Shown: in pieces, positions 28,467 through 38,530 of the stretch
Layout of the letters: each line of letters begins with the position of its first letter
Position numbering within the stretch: position 1 is the first letter of the stretch
Origin: an uncultured Bacilli bacterium
GTDB lineage: Bacteria; Bacillota_I; Bacilli_A; RF39; UBA660
Length of the DNA: 64,000 bases
Assembly (NCBI GenBank): GCA_934153675.1
Contig: CAKPFG010000001.1
Coordinates: 155,947 to 219,946 of the forward strand
Reading direction: 5' to 3'
Program-made: the position numbers and the translations under genes
Notes under the pieces: generated by a model
Seen by the model: only the letters and a program-made list of their open reading frames with translations
Database searches by the model: none
Told to the model about the DNA's origin: nothing

Positions 28467-28799
28467 TTACTCTTTAGCTAATTTAGCAATTGTATCAAAA
28501 AAACCAGTAACACCTTTATTTACCAAATTACTTATTCCTTTTGACATATTATATCCATAACTAGATAATTTATTGCTATAACTTTTTTTATTATTTTCAC
28601 TATATTTAGTTAAATCTATTTTTTTACCACTTTTAACATCATTTTCAAATTGAATAATTTTTTCTTTAGTTAAATATGCCTTTTTAGAATTTTGAAAATC
28701 GATATATCCAGATTTTTGAGATGCATAAATAGTTATATAGGCAATAAATAAAAATATAAATAAAACTTTAAATAATTTTAATTTTTTATTATTTTTCAT
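28467..28799 (-). CDS. YqxA-like (DUF3679) small membrane protein
   Basis: ~110 aa, single N-terminal TM, immediately downstream of spoIIP as yqxA is in B. subtilis; start at internal MKNNKK. Confidence 0.35.
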   Translation of the reverse strand: MKNNKKLKLFKVLFIFLFIAYITIYASQKSGYIDFQNSKKAYLTKEKIIQFENDVKSGKKIDLTKYSENNKKSYSNKLSSYGYNMSKGISNLVNKGVTGFFDTIAKLAKE

Positions 28800-29754
28800 T
28801 AATATATTCTCCAAGTATATTAACAAGAACCGATATAGTATTTAAAACTTCATCTAAATTATTTTTATCTCCTCCAAGTTCAATTAAAATTATATTTTCA
28901 TTTAAATCTTGATTATAAACACCATTTACATATTGTCCTTGTTTTTGCATAATTCCACGACTTAATGTTTTATATTTACTTTTTATTTTTTCATTTATAT
29001 TAACTGCTACTGATAAATTTTTTTGATAACTATCATACTCTTTTCCTATTACAAACATCACTTTAGCATAACTTTTATTTTCTATAACGGTAGTAGTTAC
29101 ATCCTTTGAAGCAGAATCTCTATGCAAATCAATAAATAATTTAATTGATGAATATTTATTAATAATAGGAGTTAAAAAATGTCTACTAGCTAAATAACTA
29201 TTACTATAATCTAGTTTATTATCATTTAAGTAAGTAGTTATTGAATCTTCCATTACTAAAGTATTAATACCAATAGCATTTAGTTTTTCTTGCATAATAT
29301 GACTAGCTAAAAAAACATCAGGATTAACATTATAATCATCCATATACTCTTTACTATAACTTTCTTTTTGATGCGATGAGTATATATATATCAAAGGATT
29401 ATTTTTCTTTAAAACAGTTTTACTTTCTTGTTTATTTTCTTTTCTTTTTGAGATATTTTTATCATTATTATGTTTGGTATTGTTTGGAATATCCGTATTA
29501 TACTCTGATGTTTTTAATATATTACTTGGTTTATTTATAATATTATTTTTGGCATAACTATAAACCATATTAAAAATATTATCCTCCTTTTTATAATAAT
29601 TATTATCAGAAAATATGGTTTTAATTATATAATTTGAATGATTAACCATTAAATTTTTTAATATTTTAAATGATAACAAAGCTATCAAAACTACTATAAT
29701 CAACTTTAATATAGCCAATTTTTTAACTCTTCTTTTAGGTTTAAAACGTTTCAT
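28789..29754 (-). CDS. spoIIP: Stage II sporulation protein P (SpoIIP)
   Basis: IYSSHQKESY (IYHTHxxE-like), FIDLHRDS, ILIELGG motifs of SpoIIP amidase; start MKRFKPKRR after GGTGAT RBS. Confidence 0.7.
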   Translation of the reverse strand: MKRFKPKRRVKKLAILKLIIVVLIALLSFKILKNLMVNHSNYIIKTIFSDNNYYKKEDNIFNMVYSYAKNNIINKPSNILKTSEYNTDIPNNTKHNNDKNISKRKENKQESKTVLKKNNPLIYIYSSHQKESYSKEYMDDYNVNPDVFLASHIMQEKLNAIGINTLVMEDSITTYLNDNKLDYSNSYLASRHFLTPIINKYSSIKLFIDLHRDSASKDVTTTVIENKSYAKVMFVIGKEYDSYQKNLSVAVNINEKIKSKYKTLSRGIMQKQGQYVNGVYNQDLNENIILIELGGDKNNLDEVLNTISVLVNILGEYINEK

Positions 29755-29820
29755 TAAATCACCATTTATAATATAATATATTAAGTTATAAAAAAATGTC
29801 ATTTAATAGAAAAAAGGATA

Positions 29821-30489
29821 CTATTTGATCCTTTTTATTATTTCTTCTATATTATGTGCATTATATTTAAAAATACCATTATTATTATTTATAATATAAC
29901 TTTCATAATCCTTAAGTGATTTATCATTATTATCTTTCACAATAGTATACACTTGATGATTTTTTAAATTATAAAAATCAAGCAAATATTCTAAAGCCAT
30001 CTTTTTAGATACACTATTATTTACAATATTTATATAATTATAAGTAGTATAAGCATACACTCCTTTATACTTTTTATTAATTAATTCTTGTATTTTTAAA
30101 GCTATTTTTTTATCATTGTACTTCATAACAATTTTATTTGCATTTTCTATTAAATTATCAACCAGCGTAGATGATGTATCTATTTTAATATAATCTATAT
30201 ACCTACATTTTTTAAATATATTAAAAAAACTCTTCACATAAATAGGAGCAATATCTACTCTATATATAACATTTAAATATTTATCAAATATAACAGCACC
30301 ATCATTACAAATATAATAACTAACATCAAGATTAAAATTAGCAAGAGTACTTAATACTTTACTTATATTCTTTCCAGTTGATATTATAAACATATTTCCT
30401 TCTTTTACGAAATTATTTATAATATTTACATTATTTTTTAAATCATTAACAAAAACTTTATCACTAAAAGAAGACACTAATATTTTCAT
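29821..30489 (-). CDS. HAD-IIB (Cof-like) family protein with degenerate catalytic motif I
   Basis: MKILVSSFSDKVF aligns to hhhDxDGTL with both Asp replaced by Ser; ICNDGAVI resembles Cof motif. Confidence 0.4.
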   Translation of the reverse strand: MKILVSSFSDKVFVNDLKNNVNIINNFVKEGNMFIISTGKNISKVLSTLANFNLDVSYYICNDGAVIFDKYLNVIYRVDIAPIYVKSFFNIFKKCRYIDYIKIDTSSTLVDNLIENANKIVMKYNDKKIALKIQELINKKYKGVYAYTTYNYINIVNNSVSKKMALEYLLDFYNLKNHQVYTIVKDNNDKSLKDYESYIINNNNGIFKYNAHNIEEIIKRIK

Positions 30490-30493
30490 TATT

Positions 30494-31030
30494 CTATCCT
30501 ACCAAAATATTACTAATAAAATCTAAAAAATTATTAAATGTATCATTAATAAAGAATATTATATTTTTAAATTTATTTGTTTTACTATTTTTATTATCTA
30601 CTATAACAAGATTATTTTTATCATATTCTTTTATATCAATTATACTATTATATCTTTTATATTTTAATATATATTCATAATCAATATCAGAAGAAGCATA
30701 AAAGAATATTTTTTTATTATTTAAATAAATAGAATCTTTAAATACATATTTATAATACTTTATTATTTGTTCATAATCACAAATTATATAATCAATACTA
30801 TTTTTCTTAAAATATTTAGATAATTTTTTAATATTAATAGTTTGACCATTGCTCATATTCATTTTCTTTTTTTGAAAAAATTTGAATTTCTCAAAAGGTT
30901 TTATTTCATAAACACTTACTTTTTTATTTTTATTTAGACCATCTATTAATTTGTTATTAATACCTATTGTAAGAACATTACCTTCCATCTTTTTTATTTC
31001 ATTAAGTAAAAAATTAAACATCACAACCAC
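30494..31030 (-). CDS. Hypothetical protein
   Basis: ORF only; overlaps tcdA stop region. Confidence 0.3.
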   Translation of the reverse strand: MVVMFNFLLNEIKKMEGNVLTIGINNKLIDGLNKNKKVSVYEIKPFEKFKFFQKKKMNMSNGQTINIKKLSKYFKKNSIDYIICDYEQIIKYYKYVFKDSIYLNNKKIFFYASSDIDYEYILKYKRYNSIIDIKEYDKNNLVIVDNKNSKTNKFKNIIFFINDTFNNFLDFISNILVG

Positions 31031-31718
31031 CTACTATATCATTTATAATATAACTAGTAATAAGTAACCCAGCAGATGCTGGTACAAAGGAATTTGATGG
31101 AATTATGCCTTTTACTTTCTTCTTTATTTTCTCACAGCTACAAACAACAGTTAATTTTTTTATTCCCATTTTACGTAAATTATAACGCATTATTTTTGCT
31201 AAAGGATCATAACTTGTTTTATATATATCGGTAATTTCTAATAAAGATGGATTCATCCTTCCACCCATTCCCATTGAAGAAATTAATTTAATTTTTTTAA
31301 AAAAGCAACATTTAATAATAGCAAGCTTTGCCTTTATGTCATCAACTGCATCTACCACATAATCAAAATTAGTTATAATATCATCAATATTTTCTTCACT
31401 TACTAATATATCTTTAGCACAAACAATACAATCTTTATTAATACTATTGATTCTTTCTTTTAATACATCCACCTTTTTTAAACCAATATTATTTAAATTA
31501 GTCATTAATTGTCTATTTAAATTAGTTATATCTACTATATCATTATCAACTATAGTAATATTTTCTATACCACATCTTACTAATGATTCAACAACATAAC
31601 TACCAACACCACCGACACCTATAACTAATATATTCTTATTTTTTATTTCTTCAAATTTATCGCCAACTAATAACTCAAAACGTTTAAACATATTATCATC
31701 TCTATTAAATTGTAACAT
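31014..31718 (-). CDS. tcdA: tRNA threonylcarbamoyladenosine dehydratase TcdA (ThiF/MoeB E1-like)
   Basis: ILVIGVGGVGSYVVESLVRCGIENITIVDNDIVDITNLNRQL. Confidence 0.75.
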   Translation of the reverse strand: MLQFNRDDNMFKRFELLVGDKFEEIKNKNILVIGVGGVGSYVVESLVRCGIENITIVDNDIVDITNLNRQLMTNLNNIGLKKVDVLKERINSINKDCIVCAKDILVSEENIDDIITNFDYVVDAVDDIKAKLAIIKCCFFKKIKLISSMGMGGRMNPSLLEITDIYKTSYDPLAKIMRYNLRKMGIKKLTVVCSCEKIKKKVKGIIPSNSFVPASAGLLITSYIINDIVGGCDV

Positions 31719-31805
31719 AATTTATTTATTTTTTAAATACCTAAATGTACTTTTTAAATATATCGAAATAAAATTAATTCATAAAATAAAATGTAAGGTG
31801 AAAAA

Positions 31806-32321
31806 ATGTTTAAATATATTAAAAACCAAATAAAAACTATCAGGAAAAACGACCCGGCAATAAAAAGTAATATAGAAGTATTCTTATATCCTTCTTTTAA
31901 AGTATTAATATACTATAAAATTGCACATTATTTTTATTTAAAAAAACATTACTTTCTAGCTAGATTTTTTAGTGAAAAAGGTAAAAAAACGGGAATTGAA
32001 ATTCATCCTGGAGCCAAAATTGGGAAAAATTTATTTATAGATCATGGTGCTGGCGTTGTAATTGGTGAAGATACTATAATCAAAGATAATGTAGTTTTAC
32101 ACCATGGTGTTACATTAGGTGGCACAGGAAAAGATGAAAAAAATAGACATCCCGTTATTGGTAACAACGTATATATAGGATGTGGAGCAAAAATTCTTGG
32201 CAATATTACAATTGAAGACAATTGTAAAATAGGAGCTAACGCAGTAATACTTAAAAACGTTAAAAAAAACAGTACTGTTGTTGGAATTCCTGGCAAAGTA
32301 GTAAAGAATAACTCTCAATAA
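31806..32321 (+). CDS. cysE: Serine O-acetyltransferase (short form, hexapeptide repeat)
   Basis: [27 protein letters not shown] ... [21 protein letters not shown] left-handed beta-helix repeats. Confidence 0.75.
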   Translation: MFKYIKNQIKTIRKNDPAIKSNIEVFLYPSFKVLIYYKIAHYFYLKKHYFLARFFSEKGKKTGIEIHPGAKIGKNLFIDHGAGVVIGEDTIIKDNVVLHHGVTLGGTGKDEKNRHPVIGNNVYIGCGAKILGNITIEDNCKIGANAVILKNVKKNSTVVGIPGKVVKNNSQ

Positions 32322-32389
32322 TCATTAAATTGAGAGTTATTTTAAAAAATAATAATTGTTTAAATAAAAAATGCAAATTATTATTGCAT

Positions 32390-35245
32390 TTAATTATGTT
32401 TTATTTTAAATATAGCTGTTGATATTCCTAGTAATGATATAATCATTGTACTAACTATAAAAACTATATTTTTATCTTTTGTATTAGGCGTTTTGGAGTT
32501 ATACATAACTATCGTTTGTATGTCTTTAGTATTGGTAACTGTAAATTTAATTACCTCATAACTTAAATCATATCCATCTGGGGCTTGTATTTCTGTTAAT
32601 GTATAATTTCCACTTGGTAAAGCTATATAATGAGGTGTATTTCCTGATACCCATCTATCTATTTCGTTACCATTTGCATCTTTAATAACTAATGTTGCAC
32701 CGGCTAATTCTTTTTTCGTTGTTATATCTTGTTTTGAAATTTCTACCTGATTTTTATTATCAGTAGGAACAACAGGTACAGGTGTTTTTTCTTGTACATT
32801 ATACATTACTACCTTAGTAACTGTACCATCTCCCTTTACAGTAAAAGAAACGTTTTCTTCTTTAAGAACATATCCATCTGGAGCCTGAATTTCTGTTAGA
32901 GTATAATTACCTTTTTTTAAATCTTTAATAACATGAATTTCACCAGTTGATGTCCATTTATCTATTTCCTTACCATTTGCATCTTTTACAACTAATACAG
33001 CACCAGCTAATTCTTTTTTCGTTGTTATATCCTGTTTTGAAATTTCTACCCCATTTGGTTTTCTTACATTTTTAAAATCAATATTAATAGTTTTATCATC
33101 GTTTGATACAGTAAATTTAATTACTTCTTTAGAAAGTTCATATCCTTCTTTAGCTTTAATTTCAGATACTGTATAAACACCAACTTTTAAATTCTTTAAT
33201 GTATATGGTTGTTCTTTCGTTGTAAATTGTGCAATTTTATTACCCTTTGCATCTTTTACAACTAATACAGCACCACTTACAGGTTTTTTTGTTTTGCTAT
33301 CAATCTTATTAATATTAACAACAGTTGTTTTTTTAAGTTCATTATGCATAACTACCTTAGTAACTGTACCATCTCCCTTTACAGTAAAAGAAACAGTTTC
33401 AGTTTTTAATTTATAACCTTCTGGAGCCTGAATTTCTGTTAGAGTATAATTACCTTTTTTTAAATCTTTAATAACATGAATTTCACCAGTTGATGTCCAT
33501 TTATCTATTTCCTTACCATTTGCATCTTTTACAACTAATACAGCACCAGCTAATTCTTTTTTCGTTGTTATATCCTGTTTTGAAATTTCTACCCCATTTG
33601 GTTTTCTTACATTTTTAAAATCAATATTAATAGTTTTATCATCGTTTGATACAGTAAATTTAATTACTTCTTTAGAAAGTTCATATCCTTCTTTAGCTTT
33701 AATTTCAGATACTGTATAAACACCAACTTTTAAATTCTTTAATGTATATGGTTGTTCTTTCGTTGTAAATTGTGCAATTTTATTACCCTTTGCATCTTTT
33801 ACAACTAATACAGCACCACTTACAGGTTTTTTTGTTTTGCTATCAATCTTATTAATATTAACAACAGTTGTTTTTTTAAGTTCATTATGCATAACTACCT
33901 TAGTAACTGTACCATCTCCCTTTACAGTAAAAGAAACAGTTTCAGTTTTTAATTTATAACCTTCTGGAGCCTGAATTTCTGTTAGAGTATAATTACCTTT
34001 TTTTAAATCTTTAATAACATGAATTTCACCAGTTGATGTCCATTTATCTATTTCCTTACCATTTGCATCTTTTACAACTAATACAGCACCAGCTAATTCT
34101 TTTTTCGTTGTTATATCCTGTTTTGAAATTTCTACCCCATTTGGTTTTCTTACATTTTTAAAATCAATATTAATAGTTTTATCATCGTTTGATACAGTAA
34201 ATTTAATTACTTCTTTAGAAAGTTCATATCCTTCTTTAGCTTTAATTTCAGATACTGTATAAACACCAACTTTTAAATTCTTTAATGTATATGGTTGTTC
34301 TTTCGTTGTAAATTGTGCAATTTTATTACCCTTTGCATCTTTTACAACTAATACAGCACCACTTACAGGTTTTTTTGTTTTGCTATCAATCTTATTAATA
34401 TTTACCTTATTACCTTTTAAAGTAATTTTTCCATTCGCAAGAGCACTAGCTTTAGAAGTTATTTTTGTAGTTGTATTTGGCGTTAATTTTTGATAATTTT
34501 GCCCACAATCAAATTTCTTGGCAATGCTTATTGTTTTTTGACCAGATACTGTCAATTTGACATTAACGGTACTACCTACTTTAATCTTATCTTTTAAAAT
34601 TCGAACATAAAAAGTATTGCCTGATTTTTTATATACTTCTGCTTTAACATCTCCCGCTAATGAAACACTATAACTAGAATTTCCATTTTTAACATTAACT
34701 TTTATTTTATTAGAAACATAATAATTACCGGATAATTTAAAATTTAACGTAGATGATGATAATTTTATTTCATATTTTGCCTTAGCGTCATTATAAGCCT
34801 TTACAGCTGCATCATAAAATGGCTTTACACCATTCGTATTTCTAACATTGCGAGTAGTACTAATTCTATTTACTGAATTTTTTCCATTATAGTAATATAA
34901 AAATTCATTAATAGCAAGTTCTGAATAATAATAATTTTTTTGTGTTGGATTATTATTATATTTTTTTATAATAGCCGCAATACCAGATGCAACAGGTGTA
35001 CTATATTGACTAGTACTAAGTTTACAAGTATAACCTACATACTGTTTATGAAATGATAAACAAAAAACATTATATGAACCACTTGTTTTATAAAGCAAAT
35101 AATCATAGCCATTGTACTTTAATGTAACACCCTTTTTTACATTAGTTAATCGTGTTGGATAACTTTTTGCGTTTACTTTATAAGAATTACTAACCCCTAT
35201 AAACATAAGCAAAAAAATTGCCAAAATTCTAAAAATTTTCTTCAT
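32390..35245 (-). CDS. Cell-surface adhesin-like protein with eight SpaA/CnaB-type (prealbumin-fold) domains, signal peptide and C-terminal TM anchor
   Basis: Signal peptide MKKIFRILAIFLLMFIGVSNSYKVNA; repeated GAVLVVKDA(K/N)G...Y(T/L)...E(I/K)(K/Q)A(K/P)EGY modules; C-terminal hydrophobic IVFIVSTMIISLLGISTAIF without LPXTG. Confidence 0.8.
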   Translation of the reverse strand: MKKIFRILAIFLLMFIGVSNSYKVNAKSYPTRLTNVKKGVTLKYNGYDYLLYKTSGSYNVFCLSFHKQYVGYTCKLSTSQYSTPVASGIAAIIKKYNNNPTQKNYYYSELAINEFLYYYNGKNSVNRISTTRNVRNTNGVKPFYDAAVKAYNDAKAKYEIKLSSSTLNFKLSGNYYVSNKIKVNVKNGNSSYSVSLAGDVKAEVYKKSGNTFYVRILKDKIKVGSTVNVKLTVSGQKTISIAKKFDCGQNYQKLTPNTTTKITSKASALANGKITLKGNKVNINKIDSKTKKPVSGAVLVVKDAKGNKIAQFTTKEQPYTLKNLKVGVYTVSEIKAKEGYELSKEVIKFTVSNDDKTINIDFKNVRKPNGVEISKQDITTKKELAGAVLVVKDANGKEIDKWTSTGEIHVIKDLKKGNYTLTEIQAPEGYKLKTETVSFTVKGDGTVTKVVMHNELKKTTVVNINKIDSKTKKPVSGAVLVVKDAKGNKIAQFTTKEQPYTLKNLKVGVYTVSEIKAKEGYELSKEVIKFTVSNDDKTINIDFKNVRKPNGVEISKQDITTKKELAGAVLVVKDANGKEIDKWTSTGEIHVIKDLKKGNYTLTEIQAPEGYKLKTETVSFTVKGDGTVTKVVMHNELKKTTVVNINKIDSKTKKPVSGAVLVVKDAKGNKIAQFTTKEQPYTLKNLKVGVYTVSEIKAKEGYELSKEVIKFTVSNDDKTINIDFKNVRKPNGVEISKQDITTKKELAGAVLVVKDANGKEIDKWTSTGEIHVIKDLKKGNYTLTEIQAPDGYVLKEENVSFTVKGDGTVTKVVMYNVQEKTPVPVVPTDNKNQVEISKQDITTKKELAGATLVIKDANGNEIDRWVSGNTPHYIALPSGNYTLTEIQAPDGYDLSYEVIKFTVTNTKDIQTIVMYNSKTPNTKDKNIVFIVSTMIISLLGISTAIFKIKHN
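32885..34400. repeat. Near-perfect 543-bp tandem repeat (about 2.8 units) inside the adhesin gene, with diverged partial copies on both sides
   Basis: Period confirmed at 33043, 33586 and 34129 (TTTCTACCCCATTTGG...); each unit encodes one pair of SpaA-like domains (181 aa). Confidence 0.85.
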
Positions 35246-35509
35246 ATATACCCCCCAAAAGCGAATAAAATCATTCGTTATGCGAGTTATATTATCACAA
35301 ACTTTTCACTTTGTCAATTCTTTATCATTTTATAATCCCAGTAAATATGATTATGTAGAATAAAATAGTAAATTCTCTTTTTGTTGATTTACGAGAAATT
35401 AGTTTTATAATTTATATTGTTTCATTTGTCATGATAGGAGTATATTTTAAAATGAAACAAAAACACTTAACTCTTAAAGAAAGAGAATTTACTATTTTAT
35501 TCTACACAT

Positions 35510-36223
35510 TTAATAATAATCATTAGTTTTTTTAAGTATTTTTTCTTTTTCTTTATTGATTATAAAAAGAGCCGTATCATAAGTAATATATCCATTAGAT
35601 AAATTAGAGTCAAGACTATATGATTTAATATTATCATCATTTCTAAAGGTCAAAGTTGTCATATCCTTGATAGAATAAATATACCTATTTTCATCATATA
35701 ATCTTTCTGGTGACAGATCATATCCTATTATAATATTATTATTATATATAAAAATTTCCATTTTTGAACTTTTAGAATATTTAAAATTCTCAGTTACGTA
35801 ATATTTTTTACTTTTATAATAATTATCCCCTATATCTTTAGGGAAACTCTTAGCTAAATTAATTAAATCATTATAATTCATGCTATCTTTATTTAGTACT
35901 TCTTTTAAACTTGTAACCTGCATTTCACTTATGAATTCAGTTGAAAAATGATGATTTTCATAATCAAAATTATTACCATTAGAACATATTGATCCTATTG
36001 TTTTATTATCAATAATCGAATTATAATCATAATCATCACGATTTTTATAAATGTCAGTTCTATAGCAAATACTATAATTTCCATCCTTCGAAACCAAATA
36101 ATAATCATCTAAACTCTTACTGTTACATCCAGTAAAAAAAGATGAGGCAACTAAAACGCAGGAACTAACCTTTATTAAGTTTATTTTTTTAAATTTTTCA
36201 ATCCCATTAATATTTTTAATCAT
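35510..36223 (-). CDS. Lipoprotein, unknown function
   Basis: Lipobox SSFFTGCNSK; start probably the MIKNINGIEKF Met. Confidence 0.4.
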   Translation of the reverse strand: MIKNINGIEKFKKINLIKVSSCVLVASSFFTGCNSKSLDDYYLVSKDGNYSICYRTDIYKNRDDYDYNSIIDNKTIGSICSNGNNFDYENHHFSTEFISEMQVTSLKEVLNKDSMNYNDLINLAKSFPKDIGDNYYKSKKYYVTENFKYSKSSKMEIFIYNNNIIIGYDLSPERLYDENRYIYSIKDMTTLTFRNDDNIKSYSLDSNLSNGYITYDTALFIINKEKEKILKKTNDYY

Positions 36224-36840
36224 TATTTTTTTCTTCTTTCTATTATAGAGTATATACAACCACAAAAATCTTGTCGATATAAATTATATTTATAAGAAAG
36301 TTCTATACTTTTTTTATAACCATCTTTTTTCTTAAAATCAGCATAAAGGTATTTAATAGAATACTTTTGTTCTAAATCCTTTCCGATTTCATTTAACCAA
36401 CAAGCATTTTTATAAGGACTTATAGATAATGTTGTTGTAAAGAAATCAAAGCCTAATTTTTGTGCTAATCTAGCAGTATATTCTAATCGTAATTTATAAC
36501 AAATATAACATCTTTTTCCACCTTCTTTTTCTTGTTCTAATCCTTTTACAGAGGTAAAAAAATCCAAATTATTATATTCACAATCTATTATATTTATTCT
36601 ATTTTGATACATTTTCATATTAACAAATCTTTTTAATTCTTCTTTTCTTTTATTATATTCTACTTCATTTGTAATATTGGGATTGTAATATACTATACTT
36701 ATATAAAAATATTCATCTAACAATTTTAATACATATGATGAACAAGGAGCACAACAAACATGTAATAATAATCTAGGCTTATATGTCAATGAACAAAGAA
36801 TTTTTTCCATTTCTTTTTGATAATTCATAAATACCTCCAT
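36223..36840 (-). CDS. queH: Epoxyqueuosine reductase QueH (DUF208)
   Basis: LLLHVCCAPCSSYVL and second Cys cluster CGCIYS. Confidence 0.75.
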   Translation of the reverse strand: MEVFMNYQKEMEKILCSLTYKPRLLLHVCCAPCSSYVLKLLDEYFYISIVYYNPNITNEVEYNKRKEELKRFVNMKMYQNRINIIDCEYNNLDFFTSVKGLEQEKEGGKRCYICYKLRLEYTARLAQKLGFDFFTTTLSISPYKNACWLNEIGKDLEQKYSIKYLYADFKKKDGYKKSIELSYKYNLYRQDFCGCIYSIIERRKK

Positions 36841-36891
36841 AAGAAAAAAGTCACAAAGACTTTTTAATTATATATTAAATGTAATTTTATT

Positions 36892-37590
36892 TCAACATGC
36901 ATCATCACAATAATTATTAGAAATTTTCTTTAAATATTCTTGATAAATTCCACTTAATTCATCATATTGCTCATCTGTAAGATTACTATAAGCATCAATT
37001 TGTGATGAAACCGTAGATTGATGAGTACCAATTATCTTACCATTTTTTACAAAAACAACAAATGGTACATACATTCTTTTTTCATTAACTTTATACTCTT
37101 TTTGATTATCATCTTTTACAATATAATCATCAAGTTCACTATCAAGTAATTTTAATAATTTAAAATATCCCTTGCTACCTTTTATTTCCTTACCATTTTC
37201 ATCCTTTTTTAAAACTAACTTACCATCTTTTACTTCATAAAAATCTCTTTCCTTTTCCATATTCATATAATATATTTTATCTATATTATATTCTTCAGCA
37301 CTTTTTAATAAAACAGGGAGAGCTGTTCTACACCAAGGACATTCAGGAAAGCCAAAATATATAACGCCAGTTTTATTTTTAATTATATCAATTATCTCAT
37401 CATATGAGGAATATTTTATCGGATTAGAAGAAGAAATTGATATGTTTTTGATTTTCTTCCCTGTACTGCTTAAAGTACCATTCAAAGCCTCATACTCTTC
37501 CTTAAACTTTAAAGCATCATCTTTATCTATAGAACAAGCCGTAACAGTAAAAATCACAAATATAGCTAAAATATATTTTAAATATTTCAT
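36892..37590 (-). CDS. Thioredoxin-fold lipoprotein (CPWC active site)
   Basis: Lipobox TVTACSID; FGFPECPWCRTALPVL thioredoxin-like CxxC. Confidence 0.6.
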   Translation of the reverse strand: MKYLKYILAIFVIFTVTACSIDKDDALKFKEEYEALNGTLSSTGKKIKNISISSSNPIKYSSYDEIIDIIKNKTGVIYFGFPECPWCRTALPVLLKSAEEYNIDKIYYMNMEKERDFYEVKDGKLVLKKDENGKEIKGSKGYFKLLKLLDSELDDYIVKDDNQKEYKVNEKRMYVPFVVFVKNGKIIGTHQSTVSSQIDAYSNLTDEQYDELSGIYQEYLKKISNNYCDDAC

Positions 37591-37697
37591 CTAACCACCT
37601 TCCACTTTATAACACACAACAATATCTTAGATAATTATATCTAATAACTAATTTATCAAATATAGATAATAATTAAATATAACCAATTGCATATAAA

Positions 37698-38429
37698 TCA
37701 TTCTTCTCTTTTTTTAGTAGGAGCTATATATTCAACTTCATTTCCATCATTATCCATTTCTATAACTCTAGATTGAGCAAGATAATCATGTAATCCCCTA
37801 CCATCTTTAGACATAAATACCATTAATAAAATTATTATTTCTAATATTGATTGCAAATTAGTAATTATATAATTTGCAGTATAAAAATTGTTATACCCTA
37901 AAACATAAATACAAATAATTAACGCCGTATTAAAAATTACACCATTTAATATTACACATCTTATTAAATAATTACCAATATTTAAAGATCCACCATTATT
38001 TTTTATAACCTTCAATTTCAATAATTTTTTTCCTAAAGTTTGACCACCCATTGAAAATTGGAAAACACCAAAATAACCAATAACTATTATTATAGATATT
38101 ATAGTAGAAAAAGTTGAATTTTTAGATAATTTATAGTTATACTTTTTGACATTATTAGTATATTTATCTTTATAATTCAAAAAAGCAGTTTTCTTACTAT
38201 TATACTCTTTTTTATTTATTTTTTTATTTTCATAATCCTTTTTAGCAGTATTATATTCCTTTTCTAAGTCTTTATATTTCTCAGATATTTTTAAATAATC
38301 CTTATAAATTTTATTATAACTATCTAATTGAGGATTAATTTGTTTAATATTCGTAAAAGCAAAAACAATAATACTTACTATAATCATATCTATCATATAT
38401 GCTAAAATTCTTTTAAAATTCTTATTCAT
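37698..38429 (-). CDS. RDD-family membrane protein
   Basis: N-terminal RILAYMIDMIIVSIIVF and 3 TM pattern typical of RDD (PF06271). Confidence 0.55.
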   Translation of the reverse strand: MNKNFKRILAYMIDMIIVSIIVFAFTNIKQINPQLDSYNKIYKDYLKISEKYKDLEKEYNTAKKDYENKKINKKEYNSKKTAFLNYKDKYTNNVKKYNYKLSKNSTFSTIISIIIVIGYFGVFQFSMGGQTLGKKLLKLKVIKNNGGSLNIGNYLIRCVILNGVIFNTALIICIYVLGYNNFYTANYIITNLQSILEIIILLMVFMSKDGRGLHDYLAQSRVIEMDNDGNEVEYIAPTKKREE

Positions 38430-38530
38430 CTTATCAACTCCTATTTAACTATAACATATTTTTAAAATTAAATAAACATTTTTCACAAATTTCACATGTT
38501 TTTTACTTTTAATAAAAAAGAGTTATTTTA

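Noticed and set aside
35452-35526. 24-codon ORF MKQKHLTLKEREFTILFYTFNNNH resembling the HTH start of IS30-family transposases
   Set aside because: Too short, overlaps the end of the minus-strand lipoprotein gene, and no transposase body or inverted repeats follow. It could be a chance match or a very old IS remnant.
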